Positions 11,905 through 21,164 of a stretch of DNA of 64,000 bases are shown in pieces; the stretch's first letter is position 1, and every line of letters begins with the position of its first letter. This stretch comes from Acidimicrobiales bacterium. GTDB taxonomy: Bacteria; Actinomycetota; Acidimicrobiia; Acidimicrobiales; RAAP-2. The position numbers were made by a program, and so were the translations under genes. Under the pieces are notes generated by a model that was given only the letters and a program-made list of their open reading frames with translations, was not told where the DNA came from and did no database searches. The DNA lies in contig DASZIT010000052.1 in assembly GCA_035948855.1 (NCBI GenBank), positions 28,560 through 92,559 on the forward strand, written 5' to 3'.

Positions 11905-12735
11905 ATGAGACGAAACTCGCGATCGAGGGCACCCAGACGCCGGCTCCGGGTCATCGTCATCTCGGTGGCGACGCTGGGGGTGGCCGGGGCGGTCGCCGCC
12001 ATCGTCTTCAGTGGACAACCCTCCCCACCGGTGGTCGCCTCGATGTGCACCTTCGGGAGCGGCTCGGCCGGCGGCCCCTACGCCATCACCCCGATCCAGG
12101 CGCAGAACGCCGCCATCATCACCGCCGTCGGGCAGCAGAAGGGGCTTCCCGACCATGCCGCTACCGTGGCGCTGGCCACCTCGTTCCAGGAGACCCAGCT
12201 CCAGAACCTCCCCTACGGGGACCTCGACTCCGTCGGCCTCTTCCAGCAACGCCCCTCTCAGGGTTGGGGAACCACCGCCCAGATCATGGACCCGGTCTAT
12301 GCCGCCGGGGCCTTCTTCGACCATCTGGCCCAGGTCCCGGGCTGGGAGTCGCTTCCGGTCACCGAAGCCGCCCAGCTGGTCCAGCACAGCGCCACCCCTG
12401 ATGCCTACGCCCAGTGGTCACTCGAAGCCCAGGCACTGGCCATCGCCACCACCGGCGAGGTCCCCGCCGGCCTGGCCTGCCACCTCACCAGTTTCGGGGG
12501 GACGGCACCGACCCACGCCGCCCTGGTCGCCGCGGCCACCGCCGAGCTCGGCCCCAACCCGTTCGGGACCCCGGCGACCGCCCAACGGGGATGGCAGATC
12601 GCCGCCTGGGCCGTCGCCCACGCCTACAACTACCACCTCACCTCGGTGTCGTACGGCGGTCGCACCTGGACCGCGGCGTCGGGAGCCTGGGCGGCGGCAC
12701 CCGTCGTCGACCACGTGGTCACGTCCACCCAGTAG
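11905..12735 (+). CDS. Conserved membrane-anchored/secreted hypothetical protein
   Basis: Basic N-terminus plus TM (RRRLRVIVISVATLGVAGAVAAIVF), then LQNLPYGDLDSVGLFQQRPSQGWG...QLVQHSATPDAY. Function not recognised. Start at ATG 11905 preferred over 11821. Confidence 0.6.
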   Translation: MRRNSRSRAPRRRLRVIVISVATLGVAGAVAAIVFSGQPSPPVVASMCTFGSGSAGGPYAITPIQAQNAAIITAVGQQKGLPDHAATVALATSFQETQLQNLPYGDLDSVGLFQQRPSQGWGTTAQIMDPVYAAGAFFDHLAQVPGWESLPVTEAAQLVQHSATPDAYAQWSLEAQALAIATTGEVPAGLACHLTSFGGTAPTHAALVAAATAELGPNPFGTPATAQRGWQIAAWAVAHAYNYHLTSVSYGGRTWTAASGAWAAAPVVDHVVTSTQ

Positions 12736-12774
12736 CCGGTCTGCCCGGCCGCGGGTCGGGGGCCCGGATAACCC

Positions 12775-14178
12775 TCAGGCCACCCACACCGACTTGACGT
12801 TGCAGAACTCGCGGATCCCGTGCTGGGACAGTTCTCGGCCCACCCCCGACGTCTTGATGCCGCCGAACGGCAGCTCGGGCATCGACACCACCATGCCGTT
12901 CACGAACACCTGGCCGGCCTCGAGTCCGGCGACGAACCGCTGCTGCTCGTCGGGGTCCTTGGTCCACACACTGGAGCCGAGCCCGAAGTCGGTGCCGTTG
13001 GCCACCGCCAGTGCCTCTTCGGCGTTCGCCACCCGGAAGACCAGCGCCACCGGCCCGAACACCTCCTCGGTGGCCACCCTCATCTCGGGGGTGATGCCTT
13101 CGATGACGGTGGGAAGGTAGAAGAAGCCGGCCTTGTCGGGGCCCTCGGGGCCGACCATCCGCTCGCCGCCGCACCGGATCGACGCTCCGTGAAGACGGGC
13201 GTCGTCCACCAGGGCCTCGATGTTGTCCCGGGCGACGGCGGTCACCAGTGGGCCCACCTCGGTGGCGGGATCGAAGGGGTCCCCGACGGTGAGGGCCTTC
13301 ACCTGGGCCACGAACGCCTCGATGAAGGCGTCGGCGATCTCCTGGTGGACGATGAACCGTTTGGCGGCGATGCACGACTGCCCGGTGTTCTGCATCCGGG
13401 CCTGGACCCCCACCGATACCGCCCGCTCCAGGTCGGCCGACGGCAGGACGATGAACGGATCACTGCCACCCAGCTCGAGGACCACGTGCTTGATGGCGGC
13501 CCCGGCCTGGGCGCCGACCGACCGGCCGGCGCCGACACTGCCGGTCAGGGTCACCGCTTTGACCCGGGGATCGGCGATGATCGCCGGCACCTGATCGGTC
13601 CCGACCAACAAGGACTGGAAGACCCCGGGCGGGGCGCCGGCCCGGCGGAACAGATCCTCCAACAACAGCGAGGTCCGGCTCACGTTGGGCGAGTGCTTCA
13701 ACAGCCCGACATTGCCGGCCATCACCGCCGGGGCCGCGAACCTCACCACCTGCCAGAGGGGGAAATTCCAGGGCATGATGGCGAGCACCGGTCCGAGCGG
13801 TTGGTAGGTCACCAGCCCCAGCGAGGCATCGACCGGCATCTCCTCGTCGGTGAGAAAACTCTCGCCATGGGCGGCGAACCACCGGAAGGCGTTGGCGCAC
13901 TTGGCCACCTCCCCCTTGGCCTGGGCAAAGGGTTTGCCCATCTCGGTGGTGACCAGATGGGCGATGTCCGGCAGCTCCCCCTCCAGGTGCTCGGCCACGG
14001 TGATGAGCAGCCGGGCCCGGTCGGCGAAGCTGGTGGCGGCCCATTCGGGGGCGGCTCGGGCTGCCAACGCCAGCCGGGTCTCGACCTCGGCGGCATCGAA
14101 CGGCTCGAAGGACTGCAGCAGTTCGCCGGTGGCGGGGTTGACGGAAGCGAGTGGGGGTCCGGCGTCGCTGGGGCTCAT
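12775..14178 (-). CDS. gabD: NAD(P)-dependent succinate-semialdehyde dehydrogenase-like aldehyde dehydrogenase
   Basis: SVNPATGELLQSF..., TTEMGKPFAQAKGEVAKCA, ELGGSDP and catalytic Cys in GQSCIAAKR. ATG at 14178. Confidence 0.8.
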   Translation of the reverse strand: MSPSDAGPPLASVNPATGELLQSFEPFDAAEVETRLALAARAAPEWAATSFADRARLLITVAEHLEGELPDIAHLVTTEMGKPFAQAKGEVAKCANAFRWFAAHGESFLTDEEMPVDASLGLVTYQPLGPVLAIMPWNFPLWQVVRFAAPAVMAGNVGLLKHSPNVSRTSLLLEDLFRRAGAPPGVFQSLLVGTDQVPAIIADPRVKAVTLTGSVGAGRSVGAQAGAAIKHVVLELGGSDPFIVLPSADLERAVSVGVQARMQNTGQSCIAAKRFIVHQEIADAFIEAFVAQVKALTVGDPFDPATEVGPLVTAVARDNIEALVDDARLHGASIRCGGERMVGPEGPDKAGFFYLPTVIEGITPEMRVATEEVFGPVALVFRVANAEEALAVANGTDFGLGSSVWTKDPDEQQRFVAGLEAGQVFVNGMVVSMPELPFGGIKTSGVGRELSQHGIREFCNVKSVWVA

Positions 14179-14207
14179 GGATCGATTCTGCCTCATCGGC
14201 GAGTCAG

Positions 14208-15596
14208 CTACACCCCGAGCTGAGCGGCCACCTCGCCGCGCTGTAGCTTCCCGGTGGCGGTGGTCGGGAGCGCCTCGACCACGAAATACTGCTTGGGGCG
14301 CTTGAACCCGGCCATCCGGGCGGCGGCATGGGCCTCGAGGGCCCCGATCAGGGGGGCGGGATCGACCAACCCGGCGGGGGAATCGGGAACCACCACTGCA
14401 CACACCCGCTGGCCCCAGGTCTCGTCGGGGAGGCCGACCACGGCCACGCCGGCCACCCCCGCCACCTCGGCGAGGACATGTTCGACCTCGGCCGGGTAGA
14501 CGTTGACCCCGCCGCTGATGATCAGGTCGTCCCGGCGGCCGTCGAGGTACAGGTAGCCGTCACCATCCAGTCGGCCCAAGTCGCCGACGGTGAAGGCGCC
14601 GTCCCGCCACGCCGAGGCGGTCTTGTCCGGGTCTCGCCAATAGTCGAACATCCCGAAATCGGGAGGCCGGCACCAGATGGTGCCGTCGTCATCGACGGTG
14701 ATGGTCCGTCCCGGCCGGGCCCGGCCCACACTCCCGGGGTGGTCCAACCACGCCTCCGGCGAGCACGCGGTGAACTGCCCCTCGGTGGAGCCGTAGAACT
14801 CCCACAGCACCCCGTCGCCGACCCGGTCGATGGCCTTCCGCTTGAGCGTCTCCGGGCAGGCCGACCCGGCGTGAACCAACAGGCGGAGGGCGTCGAACCG
14901 CTCGGGGAGTTGGTCGCCGAGGGCCAACAGCCGGGCCAGGGCCGAGGGGGCCATGAAGGCGGTGGTCGGGATGACGCCCGCCTCCCCCAACAGCGCCCCG
15001 AGGGCGGCCGACGCCTCGAACCGGCGGAGGATCACGCAGGTCCCCCCTCGGAGCAGGGTCCCGGCCGCGAACCGCACCGACACCGAGTGGTACATGGGGG
15101 AACACACCAGGTGAACGTCGTCGGGTCCGAACGACCAGAGGTCGGCCTCGTCGTCGAAGGCCTCGGCGGCGGTGGCCCGGTCCCAGACCCCCGACCACAC
15201 TCCTTTGGATTGGCCGGTGGTCCCCGACGTGTAGTGCATTGGCCGTCCCCGCGGGTAGGGATCGAGTTCGACCGGGATACCGGAATCGAGAGCGGCCAGG
15301 TCGGCTTCATCGGTCACCACCAACCCAGGCGCGGCGTCAGCGATCAACCGATCACGTTCGGCCTCGAGCAGGGTGGCGTTGAGGAGTACCGGGATGACTC
15401 CGGTCCGCAGCGCCCCGAGCACCGCACACAGCAGCGCCGAAGAGGACGGGAGGCAGAAGGCCACCCGGTCGCCGGAGCGGAGACCGGCCGACGCCAGCCA
15501 GCCGGCGGCGCGGGCCTGGGCCGCCTCGGCGTCGGTCGGGGTCAACACCTCGATATTGATCGGGCCATCGCCTGCCGGCTTCGGTTCGCCGGTCAC
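14208..15596 (-). CDS. AMP-dependent synthetase/ligase (acyl-CoA synthetase family)
   Basis: MHYTSGTTGQSKGV, EFYGSTEG, GDLGRLDGDGYLYLDGRRDDLI and PTTATGKLQR. GTG start at 15596 overlaps the MFS stop (GTGA). The rest of track ORF 14208..16829 is an out-of-frame shadow of the MFS gene. Confidence 0.85.
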   Translation of the reverse strand: MTGEPKPAGDGPINIEVLTPTDAEAAQARAAGWLASAGLRSGDRVAFCLPSSSALLCAVLGALRTGVIPVLLNATLLEAERDRLIADAAPGLVVTDEADLAALDSGIPVELDPYPRGRPMHYTSGTTGQSKGVWSGVWDRATAAEAFDDEADLWSFGPDDVHLVCSPMYHSVSVRFAAGTLLRGGTCVILRRFEASAALGALLGEAGVIPTTAFMAPSALARLLALGDQLPERFDALRLLVHAGSACPETLKRKAIDRVGDGVLWEFYGSTEGQFTACSPEAWLDHPGSVGRARPGRTITVDDDGTIWCRPPDFGMFDYWRDPDKTASAWRDGAFTVGDLGRLDGDGYLYLDGRRDDLIISGGVNVYPAEVEHVLAEVAGVAGVAVVGLPDETWGQRVCAVVVPDSPAGLVDPAPLIGALEAHAAARMAGFKRPKQYFVVEALPTTATGKLQRGEVAAQLGV

Positions 15597-16879
15597 GGCA
15601 GCTCCGGGGTGGGGACGATCTCCGGGAAGTCGCCCTCCGGGACAACCTCCGGAGGGTCGCCCAGCGCGCCCAGCAGTTGAGGCCGGAAGGTGGCCACCAG
15701 GACGAGCACGACCAGGAGGATCACCGCTCCCCCGACGGTCACCGCCCGCACCCCGATGTGGTTGGCGATCTGCCCCTGGATGACCGCCCCGATCGGGTAG
15801 ACGATCCCGAGGGCCATCATGTAGAACCCCAGCACCCGGCCCCGTGACGCGGCCGGGGCTCGCAGCTGGACCACGGTGTTCAGGCCGGCCAGCACCGCGA
15901 TGTAGCCGGCGCCCACCAGCAGGAACGTCACCAGCGACCACCACAACGCCGGCGCCAGGCCGTAGTTGATGAGGAGAAGCGGCAACAGGAACAGAGCCCC
16001 GCGCACCATCGTCCGCCGTCCAACCTGCTCGGCCAGGGAGGGAAGCAGCATGGCCCCGATCACCGCCCCGATCCCCTGGGCGGTCACCAGCAGCGCGGTG
16101 TCCAGCGAGTTCGGATGGCCACCGTGGAAGGCGGCGGCCATCACCGTCACCAGGGCGATAAAGGGGGACGCCAGCAAGGCCACCACCGCGATCAGAATGA
16201 TGGCGCTGCGGCACCCGGGCTCGCTCATCGCCGTCCGGGCACCGTCGGCGATCCGGCGGTACATTCCCTCGTTCCCGGGCACCGGTGCCGGCCGGGGCAG
16301 TCGCACCAAGCTCAAGGCGATCACCACTGCGGCGAACGACGCGGCGTTGATCGCGAAGGTCAGGGTGTAGTCGTTGTGGATGAGGGTGAGGCCGGCGGCG
16401 GCGGGCCCGACCACCCGGCCGAGGTTGAACTGCGCGGATGACAGCGACATGGCCCCCAGCAGGTCCTCTTTGGGCACCATGTCCGGAACCATGGCCTGAT
16501 AGGCCGGAAACCCCACCGCCCCGGCGGCACCGCCCAAGAAGGCGACAACCACCAGCAACCCGGGCTGGTCGTGTCCGGTGGCCACCAGCACCGTGAGCAG
16601 GGTGGCGATGGCCATCTCGCCGATGGTGGTGACGATCAACCACCGGCGGCGATCGAACCGGTCGGCCATGGCCCCGCCCACCGGGGCCAGCAGTCCCAAC
16701 GGGAGGAAACCGGCGGCCACGACCAGGGTGGTCCAACCCGCCTGGTGCCCACTCCGGGAGAAGACGAGTATCCCAAGGCCGACGGTTTGCATCCAGGTAC
16801 CGACGTTGGAGATCAGTGCCGACGACCACAACAGGGCGAAGTTGCGTGACCGCAGGGGTCGGAGCGAGGCCAGGGGCAC
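15593..16879 (-). CDS. MFS transporter (EntS/MFS_3-like)
   Basis: 12-TM-like hydrophobic profile. N-terminus LRSRNFALLWSSALISNVGTWMQTVGLGILV and MADRFDRRR. Confidence 0.88.
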   Translation of the reverse strand: MPLASLRPLRSRNFALLWSSALISNVGTWMQTVGLGILVFSRSGHQAGWTTLVVAAGFLPLGLLAPVGGAMADRFDRRRWLIVTTIGEMAIATLLTVLVATGHDQPGLLVVVAFLGGAAGAVGFPAYQAMVPDMVPKEDLLGAMSLSSAQFNLGRVVGPAAAGLTLIHNDYTLTFAINAASFAAVVIALSLVRLPRPAPVPGNEGMYRRIADGARTAMSEPGCRSAIILIAVVALLASPFIALVTVMAAAFHGGHPNSLDTALLVTAQGIGAVIGAMLLPSLAEQVGRRTMVRGALFLLPLLLINYGLAPALWWSLVTFLLVGAGYIAVLAGLNTVVQLRAPAASRGRVLGFYMMALGIVYPIGAVIQGQIANHIGVRAVTVGGAVILLVVLVLVATFRPQLLGALGDPPEVVPEGDFPEIVPTPELP

Positions 16880-17136
16880 CGGTCGAGGCTACCGGTCAGC
16901 CGCCGGGGCCGGCCGGGAGGGGTCGAAGGCGTCCCGGGGCGGGCAAGGCCCCCCGGCCAGAGAGGTCCGAGAGCCGGCGACGGTGCTACTGAGCCGGCGT
17001 CCCGACGACCTCCCGCCGTTAGGGTGAGCGGCCAAACCCCGTGATGTGACGCGGGGAGGAAGCGGTAGGGACGGCAATCAGATCCCGACCTGGTTCCCCA
17101 GGACATCTGACGGTTTCTCCAGAAAGGATCGCACCC

Positions 17137-17973
17137 GTGGACACTTTCGAACGCGACGGGCTCATCTTTGACGTGTCAGACACCGGCCCGACCGAGGGCA
17201 GGGTGGTCATCGCTCTCCATGGGTTCCCGGAGGACCGCCACTGTTGGGACCCCTTGGCCGCGTCCCTGGCCGGCCTCGGTTATCGCACGTTGGCACCCGA
17301 CCAGCGGGGCTACTCTCCCGGCGCCCGCCCCACCCGCCGACGGGCCTACACCCTCGACCTTCTCGCCCAGGATGTACTGGCGCTGGCCGACCAGGCCGGC
17401 GCCGCTCGCGTCGATGTCGTCGGACACGACTGGGGGGCCGTCCTCGCCTGGTACCTGGCCGGGAGCCACCCGGACCGGATCCGCACCTTGACCGCACTTT
17501 CCGTCCCACATCCTCAGGCGTTTCTCGAGGCCATGACCCGGAGCAGTCAGGCATTGCACTCGTGGTACATGGCGTTCTTCCAGATCCCGAACCTGCCCGA
17601 AGCCATCCTGAGCCGCGCCGGTGAGGAACGGTTCGTCGCCCAGCTGCGCCGGACCGGCCTGGACGAGGATTCGGCGCGCCGCTATGCCCGCCGGGCTGAG
17701 GATCCCGGGGCGATGACCGGACCCATCAACTGGTACCGGGCCCTGCCGTTCGAGGTACGCGACCGACCCGGCCCGGTCACCTCCCCGACCCTCTTCGTCT
17801 GGGGCGATACCGACCCGTTCATCACCCAGGTTGCCGCGGAGCGCTGCGCCCGACATGTCTCGGGCCCGTACCGATTCGAGACGGTGGTCGGAGGCACCCA
17901 CTGGCTCCCCACCGGGTCCGTCGACGACATCGCCCCGCTCCTTCTCGAGCACCTGGCGGGCACCCCCGGCTGA
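17137..17973 (+). CDS. Alpha/beta hydrolase (epoxide-hydrolase-like)
   Basis: VIALHGFPEDRHCW and nucleophile elbow VVGHDWGAVLAW. GTG start. Confidence 0.85.
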   Translation: MDTFERDGLIFDVSDTGPTEGRVVIALHGFPEDRHCWDPLAASLAGLGYRTLAPDQRGYSPGARPTRRRAYTLDLLAQDVLALADQAGAARVDVVGHDWGAVLAWYLAGSHPDRIRTLTALSVPHPQAFLEAMTRSSQALHSWYMAFFQIPNLPEAILSRAGEERFVAQLRRTGLDEDSARRYARRAEDPGAMTGPINWYRALPFEVRDRPGPVTSPTLFVWGDTDPFITQVAAERCARHVSGPYRFETVVGGTHWLPTGSVDDIAPLLLEHLAGTPG

Positions 17974-17995
17974 CCGGTCGTGCCAAGCTGAACCG

Positions 17996-18778
17996 ATGAG
18001 CCCGATGGAATCCGGCGCCAGGGCCGGAGCTGACGCCAGCCTCGGCCTCGCTCGGCGGTTGTTGGCCGAGGCGGATTCGGTGGTGGTACTGACCGGCGCC
18101 GGCATTTCCACCGACTCGGGAATCCCCGACTTCCGGGGCCCGAACGGGGTCTGGACCAAGAACCCCGCAGCCGAAAAGCTGGCCACCTTGAGCGCCTACC
18201 TGGCCGACCCCGGGATCCGCCGCCGGGCCTGGCGCAACCGGCTCGACTCCCCGACCTGGGCGGCTCGGCCCAACTCCGCCCATGTGGCCCTGACTCGGTT
18301 GGCGGAATCAGGAAAGCTCCACACCCTGGTCACCCAGAATATCGACGGGCTCCACCAGGCCGCCGGCACCGACCCGGATCTCATCGTCGAACTCCACGGC
18401 ACCATGCACCAGGTGATGTGCATGGCCTGCGACCGGCGTTCCCCGATGGCCGAGACCCTCGACCGGGTGCGGGCCGGCGAAGAGGACCCACCCTGCCGGG
18501 AATGCGGCGGCATCCTCAAGTCGGCCACCATCAGCTTCGGCCAGGACCTGGTGGTCGACGACCTGCGGAGAGCCACCCGGGCGGCGCGCGACTGCGACCT
18601 GATGCTGGCCATCGGCTCGACCCTGGGGGTGTTCCCGGCCGCCGGCCTGGTGCCCATCGCCGGTGAGCACGGTGCCGCCCTGGTGATCGTCAACGGCGAG
18701 GAGACGGGGTTCGACTCCATGGCCGATGCGGTGGTCCGCTCGCCGATCGGAGAGGCGGTTCCCGCCCTAGTGGGCTGA
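17996..18778 (+). CDS. cobB: NAD-dependent protein deacylase (Sir2 family)
   Basis: VVLTGAGISTDSGIPDFRGPNGVW, TQNIDGLH, and Zn cysteines CMACDRR...CRECGG. ATG at 17996. Confidence 0.9.
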   Translation: MSPMESGARAGADASLGLARRLLAEADSVVVLTGAGISTDSGIPDFRGPNGVWTKNPAAEKLATLSAYLADPGIRRRAWRNRLDSPTWAARPNSAHVALTRLAESGKLHTLVTQNIDGLHQAAGTDPDLIVELHGTMHQVMCMACDRRSPMAETLDRVRAGEEDPPCRECGGILKSATISFGQDLVVDDLRRATRAARDCDLMLAIGSTLGVFPAAGLVPIAGEHGAALVIVNGEETGFDSMADAVVRSPIGEAVPALVG

Positions 18779-18820
18779 CCGCCCCGGTGCAGGGTGGTGC
18801 GCCGCCGGCGCCCGAGCCCG

Positions 18821-18940
18821 CTATTTGTCGAGCTTGATCTTGCGCCGGGGCCGGAGGGCGAACCACCAGACGCTGGCCATGGTGGCCACGATGGTGACGG
18901 CTGCCGCCGGCTTCACGAGCTTGCGCGAACGATCTGACAT
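18821..18940 (-). CDS. Possible 39-aa single-TM small protein (below the track's length cut-off)
   Basis: Hand translation gives MSDRSRKLVKPAAAVTIVATMASVWWFALRPRRKIKLDK. Third codon positions are mostly G/C, as in neighbouring genes. No clear SD. Confidence 0.35.
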   Translation of the reverse strand: MSDRSRKLVKPAAAVTIVATMASVWWFALRPRRKIKLDK

Positions 18941-19059
18941 GCCCCTGACGTTACCTGCCGGGATGCGACCGCCGGAGGCGGCGCCGGAATTGCCGGATTC
19001 TTCGCTGACTCATATGCGCTCCATACTGTTTTCTTAGGCACCGGTCCGATGCTTGGATC

Positions 19060-19332
19060 ATGGCCTACTACCCGATGCCACTGCCCGGTGAAGTACCCGA
19101 CATCCCGGCGCCTGGGCGAGGCCGGGAGCCCTACAAGCCGCCGCGGGTGTGGAAGGGCGTCGCCACCCTCGCTGCCATGTTCTTGCTGGTCGGCGCAGTG
19201 ACCGGGGTCGGGGTGTTGGAATCGAACAATCTCCACTCCATGCCGATCTCCAGTAGCGCCGCCGCCCCGGCGGCGCTGGCCGGACCATCGCATGCCACCT
19301 CCCAATCTCCGGTTCCGCCGGGTCGGGGTTGA
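19060..19332 (+). CDS. Hypothetical Pro-rich single-pass membrane protein
   Basis: ATG start. TM WKGVATLAAMFLLVGAVTGVGVL. Genome-typical codon bias. No recognisable domain. Confidence 0.35.
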   Translation: MAYYPMPLPGEVPDIPAPGRGREPYKPPRVWKGVATLAAMFLLVGAVTGVGVLESNNLHSMPISSSAAAPAALAGPSHATSQSPVPPGRG

Positions 19333-19395
19333 CCGGGGACCCGTCGAGGGTCGCCACCGTTTGCCGACGGCCTCCGTACCGGCAAGAGTCGGGAG

Positions 19396-20061
19396 GTGGC
19401 GGACGACCGAGCGGTGGAGTGGCTGGTCTTCGACCTCGGCGAGACCCTGGTCGACGAAACGGAGAATTGGGGGCGGTGGGCCGATTACCTGGGTGTCCCC
19501 CGATTGACCTTCTTCGCCGTCCTGGGTTCGGTGATTGCCGATCGCCGGCCCCACGTCGACGTCTTCGGGTATTTCCGCCCCGGCTTCGACCTGGATACCG
19601 AGATCGTCAAGAAACTGGCGGCGGGGTACCCGTGGACGTTCGAGGAATCCGACCTCTACCCGGATGCGTTGCCGGCTCTGTTGGCGCTCAAGGCGTCCGG
19701 CTACCGGTTGGCCGTGGTCGGGAACCAGACCGCGTCGGCTTCCCGGTTCATGGCGAAGCTTCCGGTGGAGCTGACCGCCACCTCAGACGAGTGGGGGGTC
19801 GCGAAACCTGACCCGGCGTTCTTTGCCCGAATGAAGCACGAACTCGGCGCCCCGGCCAACCGCATCGCCTATGTCGGCGATCGGGTCGACAACGACGTCT
19901 TGCCGGCCCACCGGGCCGGGATGGTGGCGGTGCACCTGAGGCGGGGGCCGTGGGGCATCATCCACGCGGGTTGGGCCGAGGCGCCCGAGGCGGATATTCG
20001 CCTCGATTCGCTGTCGGAGTTGAAGGGGGCACTGACGACGTTCCGGCCAGCGCTACCCTGA
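19396..20061 (+). CDS. HAD-superfamily hydrolase
   Basis: Motif I LVFDLGETLVDE, VVGNQT, and motif IV YVGDRVDNDVLPA. Confidence 0.8.
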   Translation: MADDRAVEWLVFDLGETLVDETENWGRWADYLGVPRLTFFAVLGSVIADRRPHVDVFGYFRPGFDLDTEIVKKLAAGYPWTFEESDLYPDALPALLALKASGYRLAVVGNQTASASRFMAKLPVELTATSDEWGVAKPDPAFFARMKHELGAPANRIAYVGDRVDNDVLPAHRAGMVAVHLRRGPWGIIHAGWAEAPEADIRLDSLSELKGALTTFRPALP

Positions 20062-20121
20062 CCGCCCGGAGGGCAGCTCGCCACCGACGACAGGCTTGCC
20101 CCCAGGTCGTAATGTCGCGGT

Positions 20122-20592
20122 GTGCGCGATTCCGTGACCGTCCATATCCAGGCTCCGCCCGAACGGGTCTGGGCGTTGGTGAGTGACATCACCAACACCG
20201 GCAAGTTCAGCCCGGAGACGTTTGAGGCCGAATGGCTCGATGGTGCCACCGGACCCGCGGTCGGGACTCGGTTTCGGGGTCACGTCCGTCGCAACGGGCG
20301 GGGCCCGGTGTACTGGACGCAGTGCAAGATCACCGTCTGCGAACCCGGCCGCGAGTTCGTCTTCGCCGTCGGGGGACCGGGAGGGAAGCCGGTCAATACC
20401 TGGGGCTACCGGTTCGAGCCGAGTGGGGACGGCACCGACGTCACCGAATCCTTCGAACTCACCGATACACCGGTGCTCCGGTTGTACTGGAAGCTGGCCG
20501 GGAAGGCCCGTGGCCGCACCAATGCGAAGGGAATGCGGACAACCCTCGAGCGGATCAGAGCGGTCGCCGAGGCCCCCGAGCCGGCCCAGTAG
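20122..20592 (+). CDS. SRPBCC (START/polyketide-cyclase-like) family protein
   Basis: VHIQAPPERVWALVSDITNTGKFSPE... About 155 aa, with the typical SRPBCC N-terminus. Confidence 0.75.
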   Translation: MRDSVTVHIQAPPERVWALVSDITNTGKFSPETFEAEWLDGATGPAVGTRFRGHVRRNGRGPVYWTQCKITVCEPGREFVFAVGGPGGKPVNTWGYRFEPSGDGTDVTESFELTDTPVLRLYWKLAGKARGRTNAKGMRTTLERIRAVAEAPEPAQ

Positions 20593-20670
20593 GTCGATTC
20601 TCCCCCTCGCGGCGCGATCGGGCAGATCGGAGAGGTGGAGCCCTAATCTTGGAACCATGGGTCGAGCGAG

Positions 20671-21129
20671 ATGATCGTCGGCGAGGCGAGCGTCACCGTG
20701 ACCGTGCCTCCCACCGGGGTCCTCGAATTCGTCCTGGATCTGGATCGGTACCGGCAGGCCGATCATAAGATCGGTCGAGTCGGCCGGGTGACGAGGGACG
20801 GCGACCGAGGCACCGCGGTGTTCTCCGGGCGGATCAAGGGAATGCCGGGGCCGAGCGGCACCTACCCGTTCACCATGACCCCGACCTCCCTCAAATTCGG
20901 ATCGCCGATCGCCGGCCCGGCGGGCTGGTTCCTGAATTTCGAGGGGTCGTTCGAGTGCATCGAGACCCCAGAAGGGACTGTCGTGGTCCATCGCGAAGTC
21001 TTCGACTTCAAGCGTCCCTGGCAGTGGTTCCTCGACCCGCTGCTGCGCAAATGGCTCGAGAACGACACCACCGAAGAGATGGCCCGGTTCAAGGACCTCG
21101 TCGAGGGCGGCGCAACCCCGGGCTCCTGA
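20671..21129 (+). CDS. SRPBCC family protein (second of a tandem pair)
   Basis: ASVTVTVPPTGVLEFVLDLDRYRQADHKI... 152 aa. Confidence 0.7.
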   Translation: MIVGEASVTVTVPPTGVLEFVLDLDRYRQADHKIGRVGRVTRDGDRGTAVFSGRIKGMPGPSGTYPFTMTPTSLKFGSPIAGPAGWFLNFEGSFECIETPEGTVVVHREVFDFKRPWQWFLDPLLRKWLENDTTEEMARFKDLVEGGATPGS

Positions 21130-21164
21130 TCCCCGGATGGCTGTGGCCTCCGACCGTGGTTAGG

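Noticed and set aside
14208-16829. 873-aa ORF read as a single gene
   Set aside because: Only the C-terminal 462 aa (the AMP-ligase motifs) are real. The N-terminal part is an alternative frame of the MFS transporter gene (15593..16879).
16880-17136. 257-nt divergent spacer examined for a riboswitch, sRNA or small gene
   Set aside because: Only a short CCCCG...CGGGG stem is present. The listed 62- and 97-aa ORFs are Arg/Pro/Ser-rich shadows. Nothing is supportable.
18825-19037. 70-aa plus-strand ORF, and the 213-aa minus-strand ORF at 18913..19554
   Set aside because: The compositions are odd, there are no motifs, and the 213-aa frame overlaps the HAD hydrolase start. The 39-aa minus-strand ORF fits the local codon bias better.
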